The notes beneath the pieces are model-generated. The model did no database searches and was not told where the DNA came from. It worked only from the letters and a program-made list of their open reading frames with translations. Below, in pieces: positions 12,001-24,000 of a DNA stretch of 64,000 bases. How positions within the stretch are numbered: position 1 is the first letter of the stretch; each line of letters begins with the position of its first letter. This DNA is from Candidatus Omnitrophota bacterium. GTDB lineage: Bacteria > Omnitrophota > Gorgyraeia > JAHJTE01. The stretch covers positions 6,736 through 70,735 of the forward strand of contig JBFMEB010000008.1 in the NCBI GenBank assembly GCA_040753675.1, given 5' to 3'. The position numbers and the translations under genes were made by a program.

Positions 12001-15000
12001 AGAAAGCGGGGAGTTTAGTGGAGAGAATATGGATAGGTTTATCGAGCATTTAAATAACAGAGCCCAAACATTAAATCGCCGACTTATTGAAGAGATAGTT
12101 CGTCCTTTTGAGGAAACCAGTCAATATGTAGATAATTTTGCAGATGCCTATGTGTATTGGCTCTACAGAGCAGTTCAGGACAGAAGAGAAGAATTGTTAA
12201 GAAAACAAAAATGGTTAATTCCGGGTAGTTGGCAGAGGTTGGCATTTGATAGTGAGCATAACGCATTTGCTCACCTTGCTGCTATTTACGGTTTTGACCA
12301 AAAGATCGACTCTATCTTTGCTGATATGAAATTCTTTTTCCCGAGCTTAATGATTTTTGATATTAAGCCAAGCAAAAGAGGAGGAAAGGTTTTACGCTTC
12401 ACTCCCCTCAGTTCTCTTATGGCTATTACTAAAATCTTTGGCAATGCGTTTCCAGGAGCCTTGCAATTACCCGCGTCATTCTCAAAGCGCAAAGATACTG
12501 CCATCGCCGGAGATAATAAAAATAGAGAAGCTGCCTTAGATATTTCAATGGCAAATGATGGGCTGATTTTTGAGATACCACAGGCGAAGAATGATGAGCT
12601 TTCAAGCCTTCCTTATGAATATGTTATTGTTCCATTAGTTGTTTCAAAGGAAAAAATTCCAGAGCCGCTTAAAGAGCTTATTGCTCAAACCAAGGGAACT
12701 GAAAAAGAGATTTCCCAAGCGGTGGTGAAATATCTGACTGAACAATTTAGCGCCACATCCATTAGCGTCCTTTCTAAACAAGTGCGGTCGCATAAGATTG
12801 CGGATGAAAAAGACTCAGAGGGGAAACCGCTAGGTCCAATTATCTTAGATGCATTATCTGCTATTGCAGTTATAAGCAGTAGCGGCGACCTTTTAATCCA
12901 GACACACTTCTGGATTAATTATAAATATATGGCATTTATTAATGAATGGAATGGAGAAATCGCTGAAGGTTTAGCTAAGTGTGAAGTTAGTCTTAGCGAT
13001 GAGTGGTATAAAGAAATTGACTTAAGCAAGCCGTTAGAATCATTAGCGCGTTACGGATTTATGTTCTTTAAGGAATTTAGCGAAGGTAATTATGGTCGAG
13101 CAAATCTTTTAGCCAGTCTCATTGATTCTATCAATAGAGATATTGAAAAACTTATCAACCCGGAAGGGATTATCTACGACGAACAATTGGGCGTGTTTAT
13201 TTCATCAAAGGATAGCGATGCTAAAATCCCTGGCTTTGGAAAGCATTTAGAGAAATTTTTAGGTAGTCTTAATAGCGTCCAGCAATTAGCTCAACTCTTG
13301 TATCTGTTGGCTACACCTAACTACGACAGAGAGCAAAACTCACCCATAGCGGTTAATAATCAACAATTACAAAATGGCCTTGTTGAGTTCTTTTGTCGCC
13401 TAAGTCGGCATTTAGACACATTAGCTATAGGGCACTTTGGTGATTTTGCTATGTTTGAGCCATTAAGGATAGAACTCGGTAGAATAATTACTCAATTCAA
13501 TAGAGTGGTTAGAGAACCGGACGCTATGGAGATTAATGGCACTGATTTTGATAGCTTAATTACCTTCCTTGAAGATAAAGGTGCCTACGTCTCAAATTAT
13601 GACGCTGAAAATCTTAGAAGCTTGTATCAAGCTTATGCTTTAGAGAACGGCTATTGGGCTTATGATATCTTGCAATTATCTGAAGTTTTGGGAATTGAGA
13701 GTTTTGTTAAGGCATTTAGGTTCTTGAAAGTTGAATCTGCGAGAGCAGTAAAGCCATCAGAGAGGCCTAATGAAATTTTTGATGGCACAGGCCGCATTGG
13801 ACGTTTAGGTTTGGCTTTAAGACTTGCCAATGATGTGAAAGCCCAAGAGGCAGATTACTCCGGCCGCTACGCAGTTAGAACGCGCGCTCTCAAAGGAAGC
13901 AATGCTGATGAAAAATTCCTGACCGCCCTTGAAAGCGTAAAAGATATGTTTGCTGACAGCGTCATTGAGGCATCTGGCTTAAAATTGCGCGGCAGGACTT
14001 TAGCAGAGTTGATTAAGGACAATCAATTAGTCTTTAAACCAGCCGACAGAGTTTTTGTTGCCAGGCAGGATTTTGTGAATAGAACCCCGGTTGAAAGTGT
14101 CTATCCAATTTATATTGAACTCGACGCTAAAAGAATAGGGGTCATCTATGCTATTGATGTAACTCAGTTTACCGAAGGCCTTAAAGCCAGTGGTGTTATA
14201 GAAGATAATTATCCCCGACCCTTTATCGTCGAAGTCGATGGTGAAGACATTTATTTTGGAATGCTCACTGATGCTACGCCGGGTGGTGTGCAGATGGGCG
14301 ATGGCACAATTGAACTAGCTGGTAAAGCCAAATTAGAAAGGCCGACTGTCTGGGAAATGATTGCCACAACCAAATTAACTGAAAGTGCTTCAGAAGAATT
14401 AGGCGCTGCTAAAGAAGAGTTAGAGCGACTACGTGAAATCTTGCGTCAAGTTGAGACTGCAAGATTCGGGGCCTGGCATCAGCGCTTCATTTATCTTAAA
14501 GCCCAGATTACCGGAAAACTCTTGTTGCCTTTAAGCGGCGGCATTCATTTTATGGGTAGATACTTGCATAAATTGCCTAAGGCAAAAGAACAGGGTCCTT
14601 ATTATGCAACGCCAACCTCTTGCTCTACCAACGGCGCCTCTTACTTTAGTCTTATGCTTTCAACGCTCTTTGGTTTTGGCCGTATGAGAGCAGCGCTCTT
14701 AGGGACAACATTCCATATGTATACATCTGACGGGAAAAAAGGCCCGTTCGGACACTTATTCCCTAAATCCACTGGCGCGGCAAACGGTGTTAAGCAGCAC
14801 CTGGATATTACAGCTATGTTTACAGCTCTTCGCACCCCGGTTGCTTTGACAGGCGGTGAGGTAGATGTTGTAGGCGGTTCAGTCTTTGATTTTGTGTTCC
14901 AAACTCCTTATCCAGTCCCCAAAGAAGTGATTATAGGTTTCTTGCAACGCGTTGGCCTTGAGTATCCCGAGGTTTTGAAGGTCTTTGAAAAAGAAGATGC

Positions 15001-18000
15001 CAAAGATGGTCGTTATCTTTGGAAGGATACAATAGGGGGCAAAAGAACCGGCTCTATACTTTATGCTAATATGCTGGCGCAAATTACCGATAATACCTTC
15101 CGGGTTCCTGTTGGTTACGACAATGAAATGAGTTTTTCTTTCAAGATGAATGAGTTCGCAGAAAGCTTATTCTTGTCTTTGAAGAGACAGGAGGACAAGA
15201 GAAAAAGGCAAGAAGCATATCCTCTTCATTTTATTACGGCCAAGGCGATGGTTAGGGCAGCTGATGAATACCTGGCAGAGCCGATGATTGAAGCCCAGTT
15301 CAGGCGCTTAGGTTTGATACTCGAACATTTTGCCGAAGAATATTTAAAGAGATATTATCCTAATGGCTCTGATCTTCCTATTTCGGAAGAGTTAAAGATT
15401 GCTTCTCATATTTCCGGCAGAATGAAATGGGAAATTAACAACGGCGAAGAAACCTTTAAGCGAATCCTAAAGAATCTTGGCTATACTTTTGAAGATATTG
15501 ATTTTGCCTTGGAGCAGATTAAGCTTCACGAATCTTACTCAAGCGAAGATGAGGCAATATTAGCGCAGGCAGAGTCTCTGCGCAGTGGAATATATGAAGA
15601 GCCGGGTTATTCTGGCAGCCCGGTCTGGTTTGAAAAAGTGCAATGGGTAAATTTGGGCTTCGATGAATATAAACAAGGCCTTTTGGAGGTTGGGAGGGCT
15701 TTAAGCTCAGGCGAATTTGATAAAAATTCTACTGTTTATAGATTATGGCAACGCCGGGATTGGGATTTTTCAGATGAAGGCATAGAGCCATATAGAGCAG
15801 TAGTCGAAGAATTTAATAAATTTGTTAACCAGCCGCTAAGCCGCGAACAGGGGCCAAGGCAATTGAGGGATTTTATTATACGGCTGCATATCTTATTAGG
15901 CCAGGCAGACAAAACTTTTAGCGCTCCCGGCAGGATGCTGCCCCGAAGAGATAAATGGAGAAGAAGGCATGTGGCTTTCGAGCGCCTGCTCTTCTATATG
16001 TTTACGCCTAAATTCCAGGAGCAATTGCGCAAAGACCCGTTTGAGGCAGCCAGTTATGTATTTATTGGCTTATGGAGTGAGCCGGTATTCTCAGACGGCC
16101 AACTGCGTATCGCATATTTTATTATGAATTATGTTTTAATCAAAGCCGGGTTTAAACCTTTTATAATTACTAAAGATAATATTGGAAAATATACAGATGC
16201 ATTCATACTTTATTCCAGCGCTCATTATAAAAGTATGGCTAAAAATATATTAGAAAATTTACTTAGCGGACAACCTCGGGCTCATTTATGGTTTACCTCA
16301 TCCTTACCGGATTATGTGAGCTTAGAGCCTGAGCGAGAGCCCCGGTTTAAGAGAGAAGAAGTTAGGGAGGGTGTTTTGGATGGCGAATGGCTTGAGTCAG
16401 TAGAAGCACTTCCAAAAGACCTGACTGTTTCGGAATTATCCATATTATTAGAACATCCTTTTGATGATTTCTGCGACTTTGCGATTGATGAATTAGAAAG
16501 CATAGGCGACAGAAGGGCAATAGTTCCTCTTTATGACAGAGTTAAGCAACTTCAGGATGAGGCGGCAGGCATGGATAGATATGGTAAACAAATTGTATTT
16601 GGAAGGCACGGGAGTTCTTTTGTAGGCGCTTCCTGGGATGAGATTGAGGAAAATCTCGAATGGCGTAATATTATGTCAGAGATTGGAAGAATTCTTTATT
16701 GTATCGATGCCATAAGAAACAGGGAGGCAAAGAGATTCGCGCGTTACTATTATCCAACTGCAGGATTAGGCAAATTATATCGCGAAAGAATTGTAGATAT
16801 TATTGAAAATGGCAGGATGAGGGAAGAATTATTTGAAGGAAACGTGGGAGAATTCATCAAACTCATCCGTGCTTATGATAAAAAGCATGGAACAAATCTT
16901 TCCCAGCAGGTTGTGTTTGCAGGCGGCTCGGTAAGAGACCCTATATTTGGAAGATTTAGCAATGATATTGACTTTAGCGTGGCTTTACCTGGTTTGAGTA
17001 ACGGAGATTTTTATGCCAATACCATTGCTCAAGTCTCTGATGTGGATATGGAAAGATGCCTTAAGATACTCATAACTGTTGCAGAGATTATCGGGGTTGA
17101 GCCCGAATCTTTGGTAAACGGAAAGGCAAAATTTCAAGGTGAGGAAATAGATTATTGCGGCCCGATAAGGCAAAGGTTGTCAGACGGCCGGGTGATTAAT
17201 AAAAGAAGGATTTTGGTTGATATAGATAGGAATACAATTTATACCGATTGCACTATGGCGCTTAATAGAATTGCTATGGATATGGACGGCAAGATGTACG
17301 GAAGCTTATTCGGCCTTTTTGATTTCTTAAGAGGTAAAATTCATTTTGGCGGGGATTACAAGGATATTACCTTGAATAATGTAGTCAGGGCTTTGAGGAC
17401 CTCATTTGGTACTGATACGCAAATCTCCAGGTTTGACCAGGATAGGATGAGAGAAGTAATAGAAAAATATAGAAGCGGAGAATATCCTTTGGTTACCGTA
17501 GACGTAGAAGTTATCCAGCGCCAGATTGATAGGATGGAAAGGGGAGAAAAGACTCCCGGTTCAGCTGTAAAATTATTAGAAAGATGGGGCATAATAGAAT
17601 TATTGGTTGAAGCCAAAAAGGCAATTGAGGTAACTGCGCCAGAACAAATTTTACATACAGAAGGCGTGTTTGTTTCTAAGGCCGAGCAGCCAAAAAAAGA
17701 GCCGACTATCTCTCTCACAGATGCGCCAGCTATGGGCGTTAGGCCAGATAGGGCAGGGCTTTCTGAAGAAGAAAGAGAAATGTTAAGGAAAATGTCCGAA
17801 GCTGAACGACTTGCTCATCTTAGGGATAACACAACTACCTTGCTTAGTATAATTCTGCTGGCTTTATTATTTTTTAGCGGCAAGGAAGCGGTATCTTTAA
17901 TGGCTATGTCATTTATGATGATGGCTACAGTAGCCGAAGTCAAAGGCAATAAAGGCATTGAGGAAACCTTAAGGAGATTTTACACAGCTAAGAAGGCACT

Positions 18001-21000
18001 GATTAATACTTATCGACAGGCTGATAAGGATGGCTACAGTATAGCTTACCGAGAAATAGTGCAAACTTCTAAAGAGGCAAAAGCAAGAATTAAGAGCGCA
18101 AAAGATTTAGAGACAATAGTTGACAGGTTAAAGCAGGCAGGTGAATTTGATGAATTTTTAATCGGCGAGGCAGAAGAGATTTTGGTTATGGCAGGTCTGG
18201 AGTTATCAAATGAGCACCGCGCCAGGATCAAGAAAGCTTCTAATAGAATTGCCGGTTCATTAATTGACGATGGGGCCCAGGCAGAAGATTTTTCTAAAAA
18301 GCTTATTGAAGCAACTGCGCCTATGTCTTTTGAAAATATCATTGAGCAAGAGCCAGAAGAATTTAACCAGCAAGGATATCAAGATTTGATTTTTACTCTT
18401 TCTAATCTTTCAAGGATAAAAGAGGCGGGAGCGATTGGCGTAACTACCCGGACCTCCAAGCAAACGCTTATCTGCATGTATCCTCTGGCAGATTTGCCTG
18501 AGTTTGAGCGGACATTTATTCATGAGGGCGTGCATTTTGCTACTCATTTAGGCATAATTCCGACTTCATTTAGCGATGAGGTAATCGCAGAGGCAGTTTA
18601 TAATAGTCTAATTTTCGAAGAAGAAGGCGAACTTGGCTTAAAAAAGAGAGACGAGATATTCCTTAGGGCGTTTGAATTAGGCAAGACTCTGGCGAAGAAA
18701 GGTAATTTGGTTTTAAGTTATGAGCAACTTTGTCAGTTGGCTCTGCATATGGATGAAGCCATTCGCAATATTTCTCTTGATGCTGTTGAGCGTATTGCCG
18801 GAGCTATTCTTGCCGGCCAAGCAGAATTTAGAAAGGAAAAAGAAGGAATTCCGGTGGTTAAGCATATCTTAGCTTATGCGAGAGAGGTATTCTCATATTC
18901 TAAGCCACGAGATTTAACTAAAGAAGAGCAGGAGAGACTTTCCACCTTAATGGCTACTATGCAGGATGTTGCTCAGGTAGCAACAAGAAAACCGGACTTA
19001 AGGCTTAAACCTTGGCTGCCTGAATCAGATATTGACACTCCGGCTTGGCGCTATAGTCAGAAAGATGTAATTGAATATGTGCCTTTAGATTTATTGCGCT
19101 TAAGCGAGGATGCGGCTAAAGGACTTTTATTCCAGGAGATATTCAGAGTGCTGTTTTCTAATGAGGGAATAATTGATGAAGATTTGAATAAGAATAGTTT
19201 ATTTAAACTTCTTTTTCGAGCCTTAAATACGCCACGACTTGTAAGAAGAGGGGTAGCTAAAGATGCCTATCCCGGTGCTTTAGCGTGGCTTAAAAAGCTT
19301 TATGAAAGTCTTTACGATATTAAAGATAAAATATTTGCGCAATACTTGATTTCTCAGCTTCCCCTACATCTACAGTTTATAGAGGGAGCTTTATATGAAG
19401 CAAGGATGGATAAGCTAGATAAAAGAATTAAAAATGAACGGGTGCTTGAGCTGTTAGATAAAACCAAAGATAGCCGTAAGAGAGCAATTGAAGCAAAGAA
19501 AGACGCAGATTTTTATAAAATTGTAAAAGAGGAAATTTGGCCTGCACTTGAAGAATTAGTTTCGCAAGATTTAAGCCAGTTACTGGCAAGGGACATGGCA
19601 AATAAAGGTAAGGTGAGTTTACCGCAAGACCAGCAGGATAGAGCTCGCCAAGGCCAGCCGGTTGATTTATTCCAACTTAGCCCAGAAGAGCAAGAGGATA
19701 TTCGCCAAGAGGTAGAGAAGGCTGAAGATGAAATAAGCAGAGAATATCAAGATATTTTAGAGCAAGAATTAGCGAAAAATAGCGAAGCTGGGCAGGCTCA
19801 AGTAACTGACAAAGGTTTTGGTTCAGGTTCTAAAGAGAATGAAACTGAAGCCTCAGATGTCAGGCAGGCGAGCCAGGATGTTCAGGACCGGCAGGATGGC
19901 AAACAATTATCCGAGCTGTCAGGGCAGCTTAGTCAGATAGCTGGAGATATTCAGGAAAACGCAAAAGAGATAGGAAGTCAGGCTGCGGCTATGAATGAAA
20001 AGGCAAGCCAGGTAAGGACCCGGGCCGGCGCAACCACTGATATGAATAATTTAGCTAATGAATTAGAAAATTTAGCTAATCAGATTTCGGGCCAGCAAGA
20101 GAAGCTTTCTCAGGAAACTAACGAGTTTTCTCAAGGCGCATCTAATTTAGATGAATTAAAAGATAAGATAACCAAAAGAAAAGAAGAAGCTGATTTAAGC
20201 GATTTAGACAGAGAAGTAGATAATTTAAAAGATAAGGCAGGCGATATTGATAACCAGGCAGCTGAAATCGAAAAACTGGCTAAACAATTAGAAGAGAAAG
20301 CCCAAAGCTTGTCTGAGGCAATTAAAACTAAGCCGGATGACGCTCAAAGCCTGCGTAGTCAATCAAACACAGTTGACCAGGATACTAATAATATAGGTAA
20401 GAGAGCAGAGCAAATAGATAAGGACTTAGATAAGGTAAATGAAATACTCGATAAATTATCAGGTATCGCCAAGAAAATTTCAGGTAAGAGCAAGGATAAA
20501 ACTGGCAAACCCGAAGCCCAAATTGACAAAGAGGCCCAGGAAAGAGAGAGAAAAGCTGAGGCAGAATCAGCTGATTTTGCGAAAAGTTTATTAGCAACCG
20601 CTCTTCAGCGGCTGTCTCAAATGAGAAGTTCGTCATCAGAAAAGGGCTACGCAAAAGGAAGCGGGCAAAGACTGAATAACAAAGGAAAAGAAGATAAAGT
20701 CACTCAAGCAGACCTTCAATTTTATCGCAAATTTATCAAACCTATCCGGCCAATGGTTCAAGCAACCGCAAAGACAATCGAACGATTATTAAAGGAGATG
20801 GAAAGAACCGGACCGCTTCATACAAAATCAGGAAAACTTGTAAAAAGAAGCTTGCCCTTGACTCCTGCGGGAAGGATTCGTTTCTTTAAGCCCTTATTGC
20901 CGGAAGGAGTAAGGGGAAGGGTATGCCTGGTAATTGATACCAGCGGCTCAATGGGTGCGGCAGAAGAGGGAAGTGACTTGTGGAATGTAGCATTAAGTAC

Positions 21001-24000
21001 GGCCTTGGTTTTAGAACTTAGCTCAACAAACAGATTAAGAGATAAATTTGATGTGATGGTAGTAATTTATGCTGACACGCATAAGGTCATACGCTATTTT
21101 GGCTCTAGGATTTTAGAAAGAGACAAGGCAAGGGTAGTGCGGGATATCTTTTCCGGTATGGTTGGCAGTTTGACAACTGACTATCCAGCATACCAGACTA
21201 CATTTAAGGAAATAGAAAAGGACAGAAAAACCCATCCCGGCGAAACCATATTTACTCTGATTTTTGGCATGACTGATTCTTATATAGACCAAAGCGAAGG
21301 CAGGAAACTTCAGAAATTATTTGATGAGAAGACAAGACAAGGAAAAAATCCAGATTTAGAAATAGCGGTTTTTGGTTATGGTGATAGCGGTAAAGCAGGA
21401 GTCAAACACATTTATGGTAAATACGGTATTGTAGTGCTAGACACAAGTGATTTACCAAAGGCATTGAATGATTTAGCCCTGAAAGGTTTCACCCGGCGCT
21501 CAAGCCAGGTCAAGAATCATCAAAGAAGGCACTTTATTGTAGGTAAATCTGGAATTTTGGCATTGTCTTTATTGATATTGGTTTGCGGCTTCAATATCTT
21601 CTTTGGCGCAAATTTATCAGAATTTATGGGCAACTTAGCTTTTATCTTTGCTTTAACTGTAACCCAAAAGAAAAACCCTATCTTTTATTACCAGAATCGC
21701 AAGGTTAAAAAGATTAGGAAGAATACTAAAGGTATATTTGAAGAAACCAATGAATTAGAAGAGCGGGAATATTTGATTATCGGCAGTTCTTCTTTGAAGT
21801 GCGGCAAAGGCGGGGCACGCACGCCTCATTTTGAAGTGTTAAAAGATGATTTGCTTCTGATTAGTATGGACCATCCCAAAAATCCTGCTAAACAGATTTC
21901 CTTCAAGGCGAAACTTACTCCTCAGGTTTTAAGATACTTAGAGGATATGATGATGTGGCTTTCCAGCCCTACTGCAGCAGGCAATAATATTGCCTTAATC
22001 GGCCCGGCAGGAACCGGCAAAAACTTACTCTCATACGTCTTAGCTGCCTTGTCTAAGCGCAATATTTACCAGATGAGTTTTCACGCTGATATGAGCGAGG
22101 ATGATTTATTATTTAGAACTACTTTAGGCCAGGAAGGGAAAATTGATGAAGACTGGATGATTGATGCTGAAGTTTCAGACAAACCAACTAAAGAATCATT
22201 GGCTGATTTTATGAAACTGGTTAAGGGCTGGAGAAAGGCATTAAGTACAGGCAAGCAGGTTTCAGAAATCCTTCTGGCAGCAGAAGACCCGGAAGGAGGC
22301 ATTGCCATTGCCGATGAATATAATAAGCCGCGCAATATTCAAGTCCTGTCAAGTCTAAACACCGGCTTACAAGGCAGGTTTTTCAGGGTTGAAAACGGCT
22401 GGACAGTATTTGCCCATCCGGAATTTAAGTTTATCGCCCTGGCAAATCCTTCTGCAGAGATGGAAGGAGGCGGAACTTACGTGACGGAGAGTTTGCCTGC
22501 CGATGTCTGGGGCCGTTTAATCCAGATTAATGTTGGCTACTTACCTCCTGAAGAAGAGGCAGAGCTTTTACGCGAAGCAGCCCCGGACTTGCTTAAAAAT
22601 ATAAAACAGATTGACCCTGAATTCAAAGAAGACCTTTATCTTGCCTTAGCCAATCTTGCCCAGGAATTGCGCGAGGCTCGCCGGCAGGGAAAGCTGCCCA
22701 TTGATTTTACCTATCGATCTTTAAAAAGGATTGCGCGGCATTTAGAAATGTTTCCCGCTGACATCGCTTACTTTATGGATGTGTTTAACTCAAGTTACAA
22801 TGTATCCTATTTAAATCCTGATGTATATAATGAAGTTAAAATGCTTATCCAGGCAAAATTAGGAAAAGGATTTACTTACAGCATGGAAGATGATGAAAAC
22901 CTGAAATTGCCAAAATGGCGCGTAACTAAAAATAATGAATTTGCCATCGGTGATATCAAAATAAAAAGAGGCAATAATAATTATCCCGGAATAAGGCCTA
23001 AGAGAGTAGTCGCTTCCCAGATTAATATTCGCTATAAACTGATGCTGTTAAAGAAGCTGCTTTTAGGTGAAAATGTCTTGGTTTATGGCCCGACCGGAAG
23101 CGCCAAGACCACAATTATACTTGACTTTTTAATAAATGATTTAGGATTTGAGATTCAGTCGCAGCAGGCTACTTATCATACTGATAGCGAATCCCTTTTG
23201 GCAGAGATGACGCTTAAAGATATGAGAGTGCATTGGCAATTACAGCCGGTAGTTGAGGCCTTGGATAAAGGTATTCCTGCTTTTGTAGACGAGATGGATA
23301 AGCCCAAGAATCAGGCAGTGTTCAGCGGCTTAAATAATATCCTGGAATTTGGTTGGGTGTCTCTGCCGGACGGTATTCATTATCGAGAGGACGGCTTCTT
23401 CTTTATCGGCGCGGCAAATCCTCCTTCTTTGGTGCGGCCGGAATATGGAGGAAGCGAACTCTCCGGAGAAGTTTTCGACCGCTTTAGCGTTCTTTACTTT
23501 TATTATCTTTCTCCTGAAGAAGAAGTAGAGCGTATGCACTTTGAATATCCAGAAATTGATAAAGTTTTGAAAGATTTAGACGCGCCTGACTTGTTAAAAA
23601 GATTAACTAAGGCAATTGGAAAATTGCGCCAAGCTAATGAACAGGAAGGCATACCCAGCCAGCCACCGGCGAGAACCTTAGAGCGGTTGGTTGACTTGCT
23701 TGTGCGTCAACCTGAGCAGGCAGATTCCCTTATTGAACGATTCCTGCAGAGTTTTGCTGGCTTAACTGAGCAAGATAAGGCAAAGACAATAGAAGTGCTT
23801 CAAGAGGAGAATACCGAGCCAGAGAAAAATATTGACTTGGATAGCATATTCTTGCCGCTAAAAATAGAAAAAGCTGCTATTGAAAGAGCAATTCCACAAG
23901 ATGAAGATGAATCTTTCCTGGATAATCTGCTTTCTATAGCGGGCGAATGGCGCGAATATTTTTCTAAAGGCAAATTAAAAGTTCGCATTACCCATCAGAC

